Source of the DNA: a bacterium
Lineage (GTDB): Bacteria > Sysuimicrobiota > Sysuimicrobiia > Sysuimicrobiales > Humicultoraceae
Direction: 5' to 3'
DNA length: 37,386 nt
NCBI GenBank assembly: GCA_041497675.1
Contig: JBGQGY010000021.1
Location: 1 to 37,386 of the forward strand
Shown here in pieces: positions 10,505 to 24,072 of the stretch. The stretch's first letter is position 1. Each line of letters opens with the position of its first letter. A program made the position numbers and the translations under genes. Below the pieces are notes generated by a model. The model was given only the letters and a program-made list of their open reading frames with translations. It did not search any database and was not told the DNA's origin.

Positions 10505-11331
10505 GGGACCGAGGTACACCCCTGGCGCGGCGCAGCATTTGGATTGCCCAGGGCATCGCGATCGCGGGTCTGCTCATCTACGTGTTGGTCGTACGGCTGC
10601 TGGCCCCGGCCTTGCTGACGGGAGGGGGCGCAGCGTCGGTCGGAGTCGGCGTCGTCCTGGCAATCGTCCCCGCGCTGCTCTGGTTGCTCTTGTTCTACGT
10701 TCAGGACGCCAAGGAGCCCGAACCGCTGGGATTTGTCCTCCGCGTGGCCATGGCCAGCGGGATCATCGCCGGTGCCGTCGCCCTGCCAATCCTCACACGC
10801 GTCCCGACCAGGGCCTGGTTGGGCGCCGGGGCCGTCACCGGCCTCATCGTGTCCATCTTCGCGGTGGGGAGCGTGCAGGAGTTCTGCAAGTATCTGGCCG
10901 TCAGATTCACGGTCTACGACGAGGATGAGTTCGACGAGGTCGCCGACGGCGTCACCTACGGCACGGCCGCGGGTGTCGGACTCGCCACCGTCCTCAATTT
11001 GTGGTGGGTCCTGAACAGCCCCAGCATCGCACCGGTGCCGGCGGCGCTTCGGATCGTCGTCACGACACTCGCGCAGGCTGCCTTCGGCGGCGTGCTGGGA
11101 TTCTTCCTAGGCCGGGCGAAGATCCTCGGCGAGCAGTCGAGGGTCTTGTGGGGATTTCTCATCGCGACGCTGTTGAACGGCGTCGTGACCTTCCTCCTCC
11201 GCGAGGTCTCCCGGTCGGGTCTGACCTATCGCCCCTGGAACGGGCTGATCGTCGCCGCGGTTGTCACCGCGACGGTCACGCTGATCCTGTTCCGGGCCGA
11301 GCGACAGCGCGCAGGAGGGTCGGCGGCCTGA
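10501..11331 (+). CDS. PrsW-family intramembrane protease homolog with substituted catalytic motifs
   Basis: Multi-TM; FYVQDAKEPEP, QEFCK, EFDEVADGVTYGTAAGVGLATVLN match the PrsW layout. ATGA coupling at 10501-10504, GAGGAG RBS. Confidence 0.8.
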   Translation: MRDRGTPLARRSIWIAQGIAIAGLLIYVLVVRLLAPALLTGGGAASVGVGVVLAIVPALLWLLLFYVQDAKEPEPLGFVLRVAMASGIIAGAVALPILTRVPTRAWLGAGAVTGLIVSIFAVGSVQEFCKYLAVRFTVYDEDEFDEVADGVTYGTAAGVGLATVLNLWWVLNSPSIAPVPAALRIVVTTLAQAAFGGVLGFFLGRAKILGEQSRVLWGFLIATLLNGVVTFLLREVSRSGLTYRPWNGLIVAAVVTATVTLILFRAERQRAGGSAA

Positions 11332-11351
11332 GCGCCTTGGGAGGGACACCT

Positions 11352-11924
11352 GTGGCACAAGACCGATGGAAGCGGCTTGACCTGCCGCTCTGGGTGGCGG
11401 TCGCCGTCATGGTGGCTGTGGGCTGGTTGGTCATCCGAAGCGTCGAGGCCCGCACCGTGAGCTTCGCGGATTCCCAGGGCGGCCTGCGCCTCCGGTATCC
11501 GGCGGGATGGTTCCCGGTCCCAGGTTCCACTTCTGCGCTGGAGGTCCAGGACCCACTGTCGGGGGCTGCGGTGCCCACGCGCCTGATCGTCGTGCGCGAG
11601 CCCCGCGTCCCCGATCGAACCCTCGCGCAGGTCTCCACCGAGACGGTCCTGGCGCGTTCGCAGCGGCTGGCGATGTACCGTGTCATCTCAGAGCAGTCCG
11701 CGCGCATCGGCGGGAAGGACGCCTTGCTCGTCGAGTATGCGTTCGTCGAAGACCCCCATGAGGCGGTGCTGGCAGCCCGGCGGCTTCCGGTCGTGGTCAG
11801 AGGACTCGACGCCGTCTTCTTCGCGGATGGCGTCACGTATCACGTCGATCTTCGCGCCGCGGCAACGATCTTTGATCACGAGCGCCGAGCGTTCGACCGG
11901 ATTCTCGGCGAGATTCAGTTCTAA
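11352..11924 (+). CDS. Membrane-anchored hypothetical protein, possible PsbP/DcrB-like fold
   Basis: GGAGGG RBS before GTG 11352; N-terminal TM, LRYPAGW, IGGKDALLVEY, C-terminal FDRILGEIQF typical of PsbP-like proteins. Confidence 0.6.
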   Translation: MAQDRWKRLDLPLWVAVAVMVAVGWLVIRSVEARTVSFADSQGGLRLRYPAGWFPVPGSTSALEVQDPLSGAAVPTRLIVVREPRVPDRTLAQVSTETVLARSQRLAMYRVISEQSARIGGKDALLVEYAFVEDPHEAVLAARRLPVVVRGLDAVFFADGVTYHVDLRAAATIFDHERRAFDRILGEIQF

Positions 11925-11929
11925 GGAGG

Positions 11930-13120
11930 ATGGATCGGATGACGCGCCGCCACGCGCTGATCGTCGTCCTGCTGACGGCCGCCCTGGTCGCGGGGAACGC
12001 CTGGGTCTCCGTCGCCGAAGTCTCCCCGGATGTCATTGAGCAGGCCATCCCGCGTACGGTCTTCCTCATTATCCTGATGCGCGTGCCCGGGGAAGAGGGC
12101 AAACTCCGTCCGGTCGGGAGCTGCTCGGGATCCTTCGTCAGCGCCACGGGGATCATCCTGACCGCCTCTCACTGCGTCCGGGCGACGAGCGATGAGCCCA
12201 AGATCGGCGTCAAGAAAGGCGACATGTTCCACCCCGACGGGCTGATGGCCGTTTCCCTCAACCTCCCGGACCAGGCGCGACCGGTGCTGCTCATGCTCGC
12301 CAAGACCCTGGGCGATGATCCCAAGATCGACATCGCGCTCCTCAAGATTTCGGCCGTCCTCGGGCGAGGGGGGCCGGAACCCGTCCCGCCGGATCTGCGC
12401 GTCCCGTACATGGTGATCGGGAACTCGGACAACGTCCGCCACGGGGAGTCGATCGCCGTCATTGGCTTCCCCGGCGTCGGGGGGGATACCGTCACGGCCA
12501 GCAAGGGGAACGTGTCCGGCTTCACCGCCGACGATCAGAACCGGAAGCTGGACATGAAACTCGACGCCAGCGGAGTGGGCCCGGGCAACAGTGGTGGGCC
12601 GGTGATCACCGAACGCGGAGAGCAGGTAGCGGTGCTCTCATCGGGGGTCGCCGATCCCCAGAGCGCAGCCCGTTCCGTGCGGGCCCCGCTGACCAACCGG
12701 ATGCCGTCGTCGTGGGCTCAAACGATCAAAGATGCTCTGGCGGGCGCGCCGCGTTCACCAGCACCGGGATCACCGCCTTCCGCCCCAGCGTCCAACGCTC
12801 CCACGGCGCCGGCTGAGCGCGTCACCGTCGTTCAGGGCCGCATAGTGGACGCGGCAACAGGCGCCGGTATTCAAGGCGCTGGGGTCTTCGTCCTGAGACC
12901 CGGCGCCTCCCCCGACTCGGCGACGAAACAAGATGTCGTCGCGAGCGCGGTGACCGACGGGAATGGGTTCTTTCAGGTCAAGCCGGCCGTGAAAGCAGGC
13001 GCAGCGTATCCCGTCGTGATCATGGCCTCCGGCTATCCGCCTGTCGCCGGAACCCTCGACGTACCGGCCGCCGCACCTGATGTCCTCTCGATGGGAACGG
13101 TGCAGCTCCAGCGCCAGTAG
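11930..13120 (+). CDS. Secreted trypsin-like serine protease with Pro/Ala linker and C-terminal carboxypeptidase-regulatory-like domain
   Basis: Signal peptide; triad TASHC, DIALLK, GNSGGP; VQGRIVDAATGAGIQGA...TDGNGFF. Start 11930 or 11939. Confidence 0.88.
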   Translation: MDRMTRRHALIVVLLTAALVAGNAWVSVAEVSPDVIEQAIPRTVFLIILMRVPGEEGKLRPVGSCSGSFVSATGIILTASHCVRATSDEPKIGVKKGDMFHPDGLMAVSLNLPDQARPVLLMLAKTLGDDPKIDIALLKISAVLGRGGPEPVPPDLRVPYMVIGNSDNVRHGESIAVIGFPGVGGDTVTASKGNVSGFTADDQNRKLDMKLDASGVGPGNSGGPVITERGEQVAVLSSGVADPQSAARSVRAPLTNRMPSSWAQTIKDALAGAPRSPAPGSPPSAPASNAPTAPAERVTVVQGRIVDAATGAGIQGAGVFVLRPGASPDSATKQDVVASAVTDGNGFFQVKPAVKAGAAYPVVIMASGYPPVAGTLDVPAAAPDVLSMGTVQLQRQ

Positions 13121-13122
13121 CC

Positions 13123-13977
13123 TCACGACCGGCCGTACTCGTAGAAGCCCCGGCCGCTCTTCCGCCCGAGCCAGCCGGCCGTCACCATTTGTTTCAGCAA
13201 CACGGGCGGCGCCCACCGTGAGTCTTTCGTCTCCTGAAACATCGCTTCGGCGATGTAGTAGGTCGTGTCGAGCCCCACAAAGTCCAACAACGTCAGCGGC
13301 CCCATTGGATAGTTGAGACTGAGCGTGACCGCGGTATCGATGTCTTCCCGCGTCGCCAGACCCTGCTCGAAGACCCGCACGGCATCCAGCAGATACGGCA
13401 CCAGCAGCCGGTTCACGATGAACCCGGGTGCGTCCTTGGCCACGACCACTTTCTTGCCTAGTGACTCGGCAAACGCCCGCGCCGCCTGCAGGCTCTCCTC
13501 GGACGTGGCCAACCCTCGGACAAGCTCGACCACGGGCATCACGGGCACCGGGTTCATGAAGTGCATGCCGACGACATGACCGGGCCGGCCCGTGGCCGCG
13601 GCCATCTCGGTGATCGACAGCGACGACGTATTGCTGGCGAGGATGACCCCCGGCGTCACCAGTTTGTCGAGGTCCTGCAGGACCTTCTTCTTTTCTTCCA
13701 TCTTCTCGATGACAGCCTCAATGACCAAATCGACGCCGGCCAGGTCCGCCAGCGACGTCGTGCCGCGGACACGCGCGCGGGTCGCGTCGCGGGTGGGTGC
13801 GTCGAGTTTGCCCCGATCCACCGCCCGCTTCATCGACGCGTCGATCCGCTCGAGGCCGCGCTGCAACAGGTCGGGTGTGACCTCGCGCACGACCACCTCG
13901 TACCCGGCACGGGCAACGGTTTCCACGATGCCCGACCCCATCAGCCCGCATCCAACGACTCCTACTCGACGAATCAC
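13123..13977 (-). CDS. hbd: 3-hydroxybutyryl-CoA dehydrogenase
   Basis: GVVGCGLMGSGI, ASNTSSL, GMHFMNP, PGFIVNR, PMGP. GTG 13977 with GAGGAG RBS. Confidence 0.94.
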   Translation of the reverse strand: MIRRVGVVGCGLMGSGIVETVARAGYEVVVREVTPDLLQRGLERIDASMKRAVDRGKLDAPTRDATRARVRGTTSLADLAGVDLVIEAVIEKMEEKKKVLQDLDKLVTPGVILASNTSSLSITEMAAATGRPGHVVGMHFMNPVPVMPVVELVRGLATSEESLQAARAFAESLGKKVVVAKDAPGFIVNRLLVPYLLDAVRVFEQGLATREDIDTAVTLSLNYPMGPLTLLDFVGLDTTYYIAEAMFQETKDSRWAPPVLLKQMVTAGWLGRKSGRGFYEYGRS

Positions 13978-14002
13978 GTTGGGCTCCTCCCCAGTTGCAC
14001 TC

Positions 14003-15307
14003 TCAGGCAATCGCGCCCAAGATCAACACCGGTGCCACGGCCGTCCCGTCTCCTATAGCATACGCGGCCGCGATGTCGTCAACGGCTTGTGCCGCCGCCT
14101 CGCCGGTCCGCGCGTGAACGACGGCCAGGGTCTCGCCCCGCCGCACTGTATCACCGATCTTCCGCTCGAGCACGATCCCCACGGCCGCATCAATCGGATC
14201 ACCCTTCTTCACGCGACCGGCGCCCAGCCGCATCGCGGCCAGACCCACGGCCTCCCCATCGATCGCCGTCACGACGCCTGAGACTGCGGCGGGCACCGGC
14301 TCCTGTCTGGGCGCCTGTGGCAGGCGAGCGGGATCGCGTACGATTGCCGCATCGCCGCCCTGCGCACGTACCATCTCTTCGAACTTCGCCAACGCCGCCC
14401 CCTCGCGCAGCAGGCGCCGGAGGTCTCGCGCTCCATCGTCGGCCGACCGCGCCCTCCCGCCGAGCATGAGCATCCACCCACCGATCGTCAGGCTCAACAA
14501 CTCAAGATCGGGCGGGCCCTGACCCTGCAACGCGTCGATGGCCTCGCGCACTTCCAGCGCGTTCCCCACCGCGCGCCCGAGGGGTTCGTCCATCGCCGAG
14601 AGCACGGCCACCGTGCGCCGGCCCGCGTGTGTTCCGATCTCCACCATCACCTGCGCCAGGGTGCGCGCGTCGGCCTCAGTGTTCATGAAGGCGCCGCGTC
14701 CACACTTGACGTCGAGCACGATCGCGCCGGAGCCTGCCGCGATCTTCTTCGACATGATGCTGGACGCGATCAAGGGCACGCTGTCGACGGTCGCGGTCAC
14801 ATCACGCAGCGCATAGAGCTTGGCATCGGCCGGTACCAGACGCTCACTCTGTCCGGCGATGGCACAGCCTATGCGGCGGACCTGCGCGACAAACTCGTCC
14901 TCCGATAGCGCGGTACGGAAGCCCGTGATGCTTTCGAGTTTGTCGAGGGTGCCACCGGTGTGCCCCAACCCGCGGCCCGACAGCTTTGGCACGGGCACCC
15001 CGGCGGCCGCGACGAGCGGCACCACGACCAGGGACGTCTTGTCCCCCACACCGCCGCTGCTGTGCTTGTCGACCGCGCGCGCGGCCAGCGGGCCAAGATC
15101 GATCGTGCTGCCCGAGCGGACCATCGCCATCGTCAGGGCCGCCGTCTCCTCCGGCGTCATCCCCCGGAAGCAGATGGCCATCAGCCAGGCGGCGACCTGA
15201 TAGTCGGGGATCTCGCCGCGGGCGAAACCGAGTACCATGCCGTCGATCTCGTCCGCGGCGAGGATCAGACCGCGGCGCTTCTTGAGGATGATGTCGGATG
15301 GGCGCAT
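14003..15307 (-). CDS. pdp: Pyrimidine-nucleoside phosphorylase
   Basis: DKHSSGGVGDK, SGRGLGHTGGTLDKLESI, LYALRDVT, SIMSKK. Confidence 0.96.
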   Translation of the reverse strand: MRPSDIILKKRRGLILAADEIDGMVLGFARGEIPDYQVAAWLMAICFRGMTPEETAALTMAMVRSGSTIDLGPLAARAVDKHSSGGVGDKTSLVVVPLVAAAGVPVPKLSGRGLGHTGGTLDKLESITGFRTALSEDEFVAQVRRIGCAIAGQSERLVPADAKLYALRDVTATVDSVPLIASSIMSKKIAAGSGAIVLDVKCGRGAFMNTEADARTLAQVMVEIGTHAGRRTVAVLSAMDEPLGRAVGNALEVREAIDALQGQGPPDLELLSLTIGGWMLMLGGRARSADDGARDLRRLLREGAALAKFEEMVRAQGGDAAIVRDPARLPQAPRQEPVPAAVSGVVTAIDGEAVGLAAMRLGAGRVKKGDPIDAAVGIVLERKIGDTVRRGETLAVVHARTGEAAAQAVDDIAAAYAIGDGTAVAPVLILGAIA

Positions 15308-16131
15308 CAAACCGGCAACAGATTCACGATCAGGCGAACGAGCCGCACGAAGTTCGGCTCGAGACGTTTCACCGCGGCAATCACGTCCTCATGCGTCACC
15401 TTCTCGGGGGCTTCGCCGGTGGCCTTGTCGGCAATGGCGCTGAACCCCAGCACGCGCATCCCGCAATGGCGGGCGACGATGACTTCATGCACGGTCGACA
15501 TGCCCACGGCGTCTCCGCCCCACCGCGCCATCATGCGCAGCTCGGCAGGGGTTTCGTATGAGGGCCCGGTGACGCCTAGATAGACGCCCCTGCGCAGAGG
15601 GATCCCCAGACGAACGGCGGCAACATCCGCGAGCGCAATCAACTCGGGATCGTAAGCCTGCGACATGTCCGGAAATCGCGGTCCCAGGTCGCTCTCGTTC
15701 GGTCCGATCAACGGGTTGGTACCCATGAAGTTGATGTGATCGGTGATCACCATGAGGTCGCCGGCCGAGAAGTCGCGGTTCAGACCGCCCGCGGCGTTGG
15801 AGACGATCAGCGTGCGCACCCCCAGCGCGCAAAGCGCTCGCACCGGCAGCACGACTTGGGCCATGGGGTACCCTTCGTAGACATGGGCGCGGCCGCACAT
15901 CACCGCGACGGAACGGCCGTCCAAGGTCCCGACGAGCAGGCGGCCCGCGTGACCTTCCACGCTCGCCGGTGGGAAATGGGGGATCTCCGTGTAGGAGATC
16001 GCCGCGTCGGCGCGCACCACGTCGGCCAGCGCCCCCAGTCCCGACCCGAGGATGATGCCGACGTCCGGGCTCCGGGAGGTGTGCCGCCCGATGGCGCCGG
16101 CGGCTTCGCGGGCTCGGGCGGCCCAGGTCAC
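15307..16131 (-). CDS. punA: Purine nucleoside phosphorylase (trimeric family)
   Basis: [37 protein letters not shown] 16131 overlaps the deoB stop. Confidence 0.95.
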   Translation of the reverse strand: MTWAARAREAAGAIGRHTSRSPDVGIILGSGLGALADVVRADAAISYTEIPHFPPASVEGHAGRLLVGTLDGRSVAVMCGRAHVYEGYPMAQVVLPVRALCALGVRTLIVSNAAGGLNRDFSAGDLMVITDHINFMGTNPLIGPNESDLGPRFPDMSQAYDPELIALADVAAVRLGIPLRRGVYLGVTGPSYETPAELRMMARWGGDAVGMSTVHEVIVARHCGMRVLGFSAIADKATGEAPEKVTHEDVIAAVKRLEPNFVRLVRLIVNLLPV

Positions 16132-17309
16132 GACGCTCTCACCGCGCCTTCCAGCGCCGGTTTGAAGCTCTCGCCCGCCCCATCCCAGGGGCAGCCGAGG
16201 GCGTCGGCCACGGTGGCGCCTACATCGGCGAAACTCGCCCGCTGCCCCAAACGGACGCCCCGCGCCAGCTGCGGTCGCCACGCCAGCACCGGCACCCGCT
16301 CGCGCGCGTGATCGGTGCTGCCGGTCGTCGGATCGTTGCCGTGATCGGCCGTGATCATCAACAGATCGCCGGGACGGCAGACCTCCATGACGTCAGGAAG
16401 GTGCATGTCGATCTCCTCGAGATGACGCGCATACCCACCCACGTTGTTGCGATGACCGTAGACTTGATCGAGCTCGACCAGGTTCGTGAAAATGAAGCCG
16501 TGTTCGAGATCGCGCGCCGCGGCCACCGTCTGCGCGATCCCGTCCATGTCGTCATGCGTGTGCACGGCGCGCGTGATCCCGCGGCCGGTGAACAGATCCT
16601 CGATCTTCCCAATGCCGACGACCGGCATGCCGCGCTCGTGCAACGCATCGAGCACGGTGCGGCCGATGGGTGGCAGTGAAAAGTCCCGGCGACGATCGCT
16701 GCGCACGAAAGTGCCGGGCTCGCCCACAAACGGCCGGGCGATCACACGGCTCACCGCGTGCTCGCCTGTGAGGATGCCACGTGCCAGCCGGCACCACTCG
16801 TAGAGCTGCTCTACGGGGATCACGGCCTCGTGCGCGGCGATCTGAAACACGCTGTCGGCCGACGTGTACACGATCGGTTGACCCGTGCGCAGATGCTCGA
16901 CGCCCAGGTCGGCGATGATCTGTGTTCCGGATGCGGCGACATTGCCCAGCACCTTCCGGCCGATCGCCGCCTCGAAGACCCGGATGATGTCTGTGGGAAA
17001 CCCGCGTGGATACGTGGGAAACGGCGTGGAGACAATGAGCCCGCACAACTCCCAGTGTCCGGTTGTGGAATCCTTACCGGCGGAACGTTCGAGCATCACC
17101 CCAACCGCCGCTTCATGATCGGGCACACGGCGGACGCCGTTCAGCTCGTCGAGGACGCCCAGACCCAGACGCTCGAGCACCGGCACGCGCAACCCGCCGG
17201 CGGCGCGCGCCGTGTGGACGAGCGTATTGCTGCCCGCATCGCCATAGTCTGCCGCGTCCGGCAGCGCGCCGATGCCGCATCCATCGAGCACAAGCACGAT
17301 GACCCGCAC
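16128..17309 (-). CDS. deoB: Phosphopentomutase
   Basis: [46 protein letters not shown]. Confidence 0.97.
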   Translation of the reverse strand: MRVIVLVLDGCGIGALPDAADYGDAGSNTLVHTARAAGGLRVPVLERLGLGVLDELNGVRRVPDHEAAVGVMLERSAGKDSTTGHWELCGLIVSTPFPTYPRGFPTDIIRVFEAAIGRKVLGNVAASGTQIIADLGVEHLRTGQPIVYTSADSVFQIAAHEAVIPVEQLYEWCRLARGILTGEHAVSRVIARPFVGEPGTFVRSDRRRDFSLPPIGRTVLDALHERGMPVVGIGKIEDLFTGRGITRAVHTHDDMDGIAQTVAAARDLEHGFIFTNLVELDQVYGHRNNVGGYARHLEEIDMHLPDVMEVCRPGDLLMITADHGNDPTTGSTDHARERVPVLAWRPQLARGVRLGQRASFADVGATVADALGCPWDGAGESFKPALEGAVRAS

Positions 17310-17313
17310 AGCG

Positions 17314-18285
17314 CTACGATGCGCGCCCCCGGCCGACGGTCATCTGATCGCGTGGATGGGCGCGCCGGTAGACTTCGCGCAGCCGCGAACGCGTCACGTG
17401 CGTATATCGCTGCGTCGTCGCGATGCTGGCATGTCCCAGCATTTCCTGGACGGAGCGCAGATCGGCCCCACCGTCCAGCAGGTGGGTGGCAAACGAGTGC
17501 CGCAGCGTGTGCGGGCTCAACTGCCGGCGGATGCCGGCGGCCCGCGCGTAGGCCCGTACCAGCATCCATACGCTCTGTCGCGACAACCGTTGGCCGCGCC
17601 GGCTGACGAACAGCGCCGCCGGCGCGCGTCCCCTGACCAGGATGGGCCGGGCCGCCGAGAGGTACCGATGGATGGCGCGCACCGCCGGAGCACCCACGGG
17701 CACGATACGTTCCTTGGAACCTTTGCCCAAGCATCGAACGTACTCCGTGTCGAGATGAGCGTCGCCCACGTCGAGTGACACCAACTCGCTCACCCGCAGC
17801 CCGGCGGCGTACAAGAGTTCCAGAATCGCGCGATCGCGCAGGGCGCGCGGCGTCGATCCACGCGGCTGGGCCAGCAGGCGCTCTACCTCCTCCACACTCA
17901 GGACTGCCGGCAGGCGACGTGGCGCGCGTGCCGGTGTCACGTCGAGGGCGGGGTCATCGGTAATCTGCCCTTCGCGCAGCAGGAACCCGGTCCACCCGCG
18001 AATGGCGGCCAGCCGCCGTGCGACCGAGGTCTCGGCCATCCCCCGGCGGCGCATGCCGAGGAGGTACAGCGTGATCGTCGCCCGGTGGATGTCCGCGGGC
18101 GCCTCCGCCCCACGACGGCGGGCTGACGCCGTGAAGTCCGCAAGATCGCGCGCGTAGGCGTCGACGGTGTGCTTCGCCAGCCCGCGCTCGACCAACACAT
18201 GGGTGAGGAATGCTTCGCGGGACTCTTCCAGCGCGTCCGCAGGCCCGCCGCGGCCCGCCGGTTGGGACGGCTCAGTCCGAGGCAT
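17314..18285 (-). CDS. xerD: Site-specific tyrosine recombinase XerD
   Basis: [50 protein letters not shown]; nudF-xerD-deoB context. Confidence 0.93.
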   Translation of the reverse strand: MPRTEPSQPAGRGGPADALEESREAFLTHVLVERGLAKHTVDAYARDLADFTASARRRGAEAPADIHRATITLYLLGMRRRGMAETSVARRLAAIRGWTGFLLREGQITDDPALDVTPARAPRRLPAVLSVEEVERLLAQPRGSTPRALRDRAILELLYAAGLRVSELVSLDVGDAHLDTEYVRCLGKGSKERIVPVGAPAVRAIHRYLSAARPILVRGRAPAALFVSRRGQRLSRQSVWMLVRAYARAAGIRRQLSPHTLRHSFATHLLDGGADLRSVQEMLGHASIATTQRYTHVTRSRLREVYRRAHPRDQMTVGRGRAS

Positions 18286-18811
18286 GTCGTTGGGTCACAA
18301 GCAGCAGCCCGATCAGCGACTTGCTGTCCCGGACCTCCCCCGCCCCGATCAGCGCCGGGATTCGGGCCAGCGGCACTCGCTCCGCGCGCAGCCCTTCTTC
18401 GCCGTCATCAAGCGTCCCAGCCTGCGGGCTCAGGTCGCGGGCCACGAAAATCGTGATCGCCTCGGTGAGGATGCCGGGAGACGGACAGAATGTGACAAGT
18501 GGTGTCATCGACGCCGCGCGGAGTCCGGCTTCTTCAGCCAGCTCGCGGCGCGCGCAGATCAGCGGGCTCTCTCCGGGTTCGAGCGTGCCCGCCGGGATCT
18601 CCAAGAGCACGGACTCGGTGGCCTTGCGGTACTGCCGCACCATCACGACGTGGCCGTCATCGGTCAGCGCGACGATCGCCGCGGCCCCGGGATGCTCCAC
18701 AATCTCTCGGGTGACGATGCGACCGCTCGGCAGCCGCACCTCATCGACCCGCAGCCCCACGACCCTACCACGGTACACCTGGCGCGACGCGATCGTCGGC
18801 TGGCCGCTCAC
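18272..18811 (-). CDS. nudF: ADP-ribose pyrophosphatase (Nudix hydrolase)
   Basis: REIVEHPGA, Nudix box GTLEPGESPLICARRELAEEAG. GTG 18811 overlaps the ilvE stop. Confidence 0.9.
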   Translation of the reverse strand: MSGQPTIASRQVYRGRVVGLRVDEVRLPSGRIVTREIVEHPGAAAIVALTDDGHVVMVRQYRKATESVLLEIPAGTLEPGESPLICARRELAEEAGLRAASMTPLVTFCPSPGILTEAITIFVARDLSPQAGTLDDGEEGLRAERVPLARIPALIGAGEVRDSKSLIGLLLVTQRHASD

Positions 18812-19707
18812 CGGGCGGTCGGCGCCTGAGCCGCGTACACGGGTGTTCCCGTCCGGCGCGCATGGTCGCGGAACGCGCCCGAGAGTCTGCGGGTGAGCTC
18901 GCCGGGACGACCGGAGCCGATTCGCCGTCCGTCGACCTCCACCACAGGGGCGATCTCCGCGCCGGTGCCGGTCAGGAAGCACTCCTCGGCGGCGTAGACA
19001 TCATAGAGCGTAAAGATCCGCTCACCCGCGGCGATGCCCGCTTCGCGGGCCAAGGCGAGGACCGTGTCGCGCGTCACCCCCTGCAGCAACCCCAAGTGCG
19101 GCGCCGGTGTCCAGAGCTCGCCCTTCGCGACGACGAAGATATTGTCGGCGCTGCACTCGCACACGTAGCCCTCATCGGTGAGCATCAGCGCTTCCTCGAC
19201 GCCCGCCTGGTTGGCCTGGATACGCGCCAGAATGTTGTTCATGTAGTTGAGCGACTTGATACGGCCGTTCAACGCGTCCGGCGCCGGCCGGCGAACCGTC
19301 GCCGTGACCATCCGGAGCCCGCGCTCATACGCCTCTTTCGGGTACAGCTGGATGGCGTCAACGATGATCACCACGGTTGGCTTCGCGCACTTACGGGGAT
19401 CGATGCCAAGGTCGCCGGGACCGCGGCTGATCACGGGCCGGATGTAAGCGTCGCGCAACTGGGTCGCGCGGACGGTGTCGATGATCGCCGCCCGCATGGC
19501 CGCGCGGTCCAGGGGGATCTCCAACATGATGTGCGCCGCGGAGGCGTATAGACGGTCCAGATGCTCTTCAAGCTTGAAGACGCGGCCATCGTAGACTCGG
19601 ATGCCTTCGAACACACCATCCCCGTAGAGGAATCCGTGATCGTAGGGCGAGATCACGGCTTCGTCCCGAGTCATGATGCGACCATTCAGGTACACCGCTC
19701 CGCTCAT
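18808..19707 (-). CDS. ilvE: Branched-chain amino acid aminotransferase
   Basis: GFLYGDGVFEGIR, KSLNY, ECSADN, LQGVTR, FLTGTGAE; AGGAG RBS. Confidence 0.95.
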   Translation of the reverse strand: MSGAVYLNGRIMTRDEAVISPYDHGFLYGDGVFEGIRVYDGRVFKLEEHLDRLYASAAHIMLEIPLDRAAMRAAIIDTVRATQLRDAYIRPVISRGPGDLGIDPRKCAKPTVVIIVDAIQLYPKEAYERGLRMVTATVRRPAPDALNGRIKSLNYMNNILARIQANQAGVEEALMLTDEGYVCECSADNIFVVAKGELWTPAPHLGLLQGVTRDTVLALAREAGIAAGERIFTLYDVYAAEECFLTGTGAEIAPVVEVDGRRIGSGRPGELTRRLSGAFRDHARRTGTPVYAAQAPTAR

Positions 19708-19782
19708 CGTTGTCTCCTATTCAACAACACAGAATGTGCTCAACCGGCTCGCTGTGCCCGCGCGCATCTGCGACGCTCGCGC

Positions 19783-23204
<3,422 letters not shown>

Positions 23205-23205
23205 T

Positions 23206-24072
23206 CTACCGTCCTCCCCACGCCAGTTTGGTGCGGAGGATGCTATAGAACGACGGCGGCTTCAACCTCACCAGACGCGTCCTCGGCGCGGCGCGGCGCA
23301 CCACGACGCGCTCCTCCGGCTCCAACGGGAAGCTCTCCTGGCCGTCCACCGTGAGGCGCACGTCGTCAACGCCGGCAATGGGTTGCACGGTGACGGCCGC
23401 GGTCCCCGAGACCACCACGGGTCTGGCGGTGAGCGTGTGTGGACAAATCGGCGTCACGACGATGACGTCCACGTGGGGATGCACGATCGGGCCGCCCGCC
23501 GACAGCGAGTACGCCGTGGACCCGGTCGGCGTCGACACAATGACGCCGTCGGCCGGATACGTCGACAGGTGTTCGCCGTTCACCCAGGTGGCAAGTGTCA
23601 CGACGCGGGCCACCCCGGTCTTCGTCACCACGATATCGTTCAGCGCCAGCCGCCGGAGCCGGACCCCGGTGTTGTTCGTGACCTCGGCCTCGAGCATCGT
23701 GCGCTCGTCAATGTGTCCACCGCCGGTCACCGCCGCGCCGGCCGCCTCAGGCAGGTCGGCCAGCGTCACCTCAGCCAGGAACCCGAACCCCCCCATGTTG
23801 ACGCCCAAGATCGGGACCCGGCCCGCCGCCAGCCGTGCCGCCGACAAAATCGAACCGTCCCCGCCGAGCACGATGAGCAGATCCGTGCCGTCGACCAGCG
23901 CGGCGTCCGCGGCGGACAGATCCGGACGTCCAAACGCGGCGGCCCCTTCCTCATTCATACGGACCTCAGCGCCCCGATCGCGGAGCTGCTGGAGTGTCGT
24001 ACGCACCAGCTCCCCGGCCTGCGGGTAGCCGGCCACCCGGGACGCATTCACCAGTACGCCAACCCGTGTCAT
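23206..24072 (-). CDS. nadK: NAD(+) kinase
   Basis: GGDGS, ALND, DGVIVSTPTGSTAYSLSAGGP. Confidence 0.97.
   Translation of the reverse strand: MTRVGVLVNASRVAGYPQAGELVRTTLQQLRDRGAEVRMNEEGAAAFGRPDLSAADAALVDGTDLLIVLGGDGSILSAARLAAGRVPILGVNMGGFGFLAEVTLADLPEAAGAAVTGGGHIDERTMLEAEVTNNTGVRLRRLALNDIVVTKTGVARVVTLATWVNGEHLSTYPADGVIVSTPTGSTAYSLSAGGPIVHPHVDVIVVTPICPHTLTARPVVVSGTAAVTVQPIAGVDDVRLTVDGQESFPLEPEERVVVRRAAPRTRLVRLKPPSFYSILRTKLAWGGR

Noticed and set aside
17314..18285. Tyrosine recombinase as a prophage or island integrase
   Set aside because: Sequence and nudF-xerD-deoB-punA context fit chromosomal XerD; no att repeats or phage genes seen.
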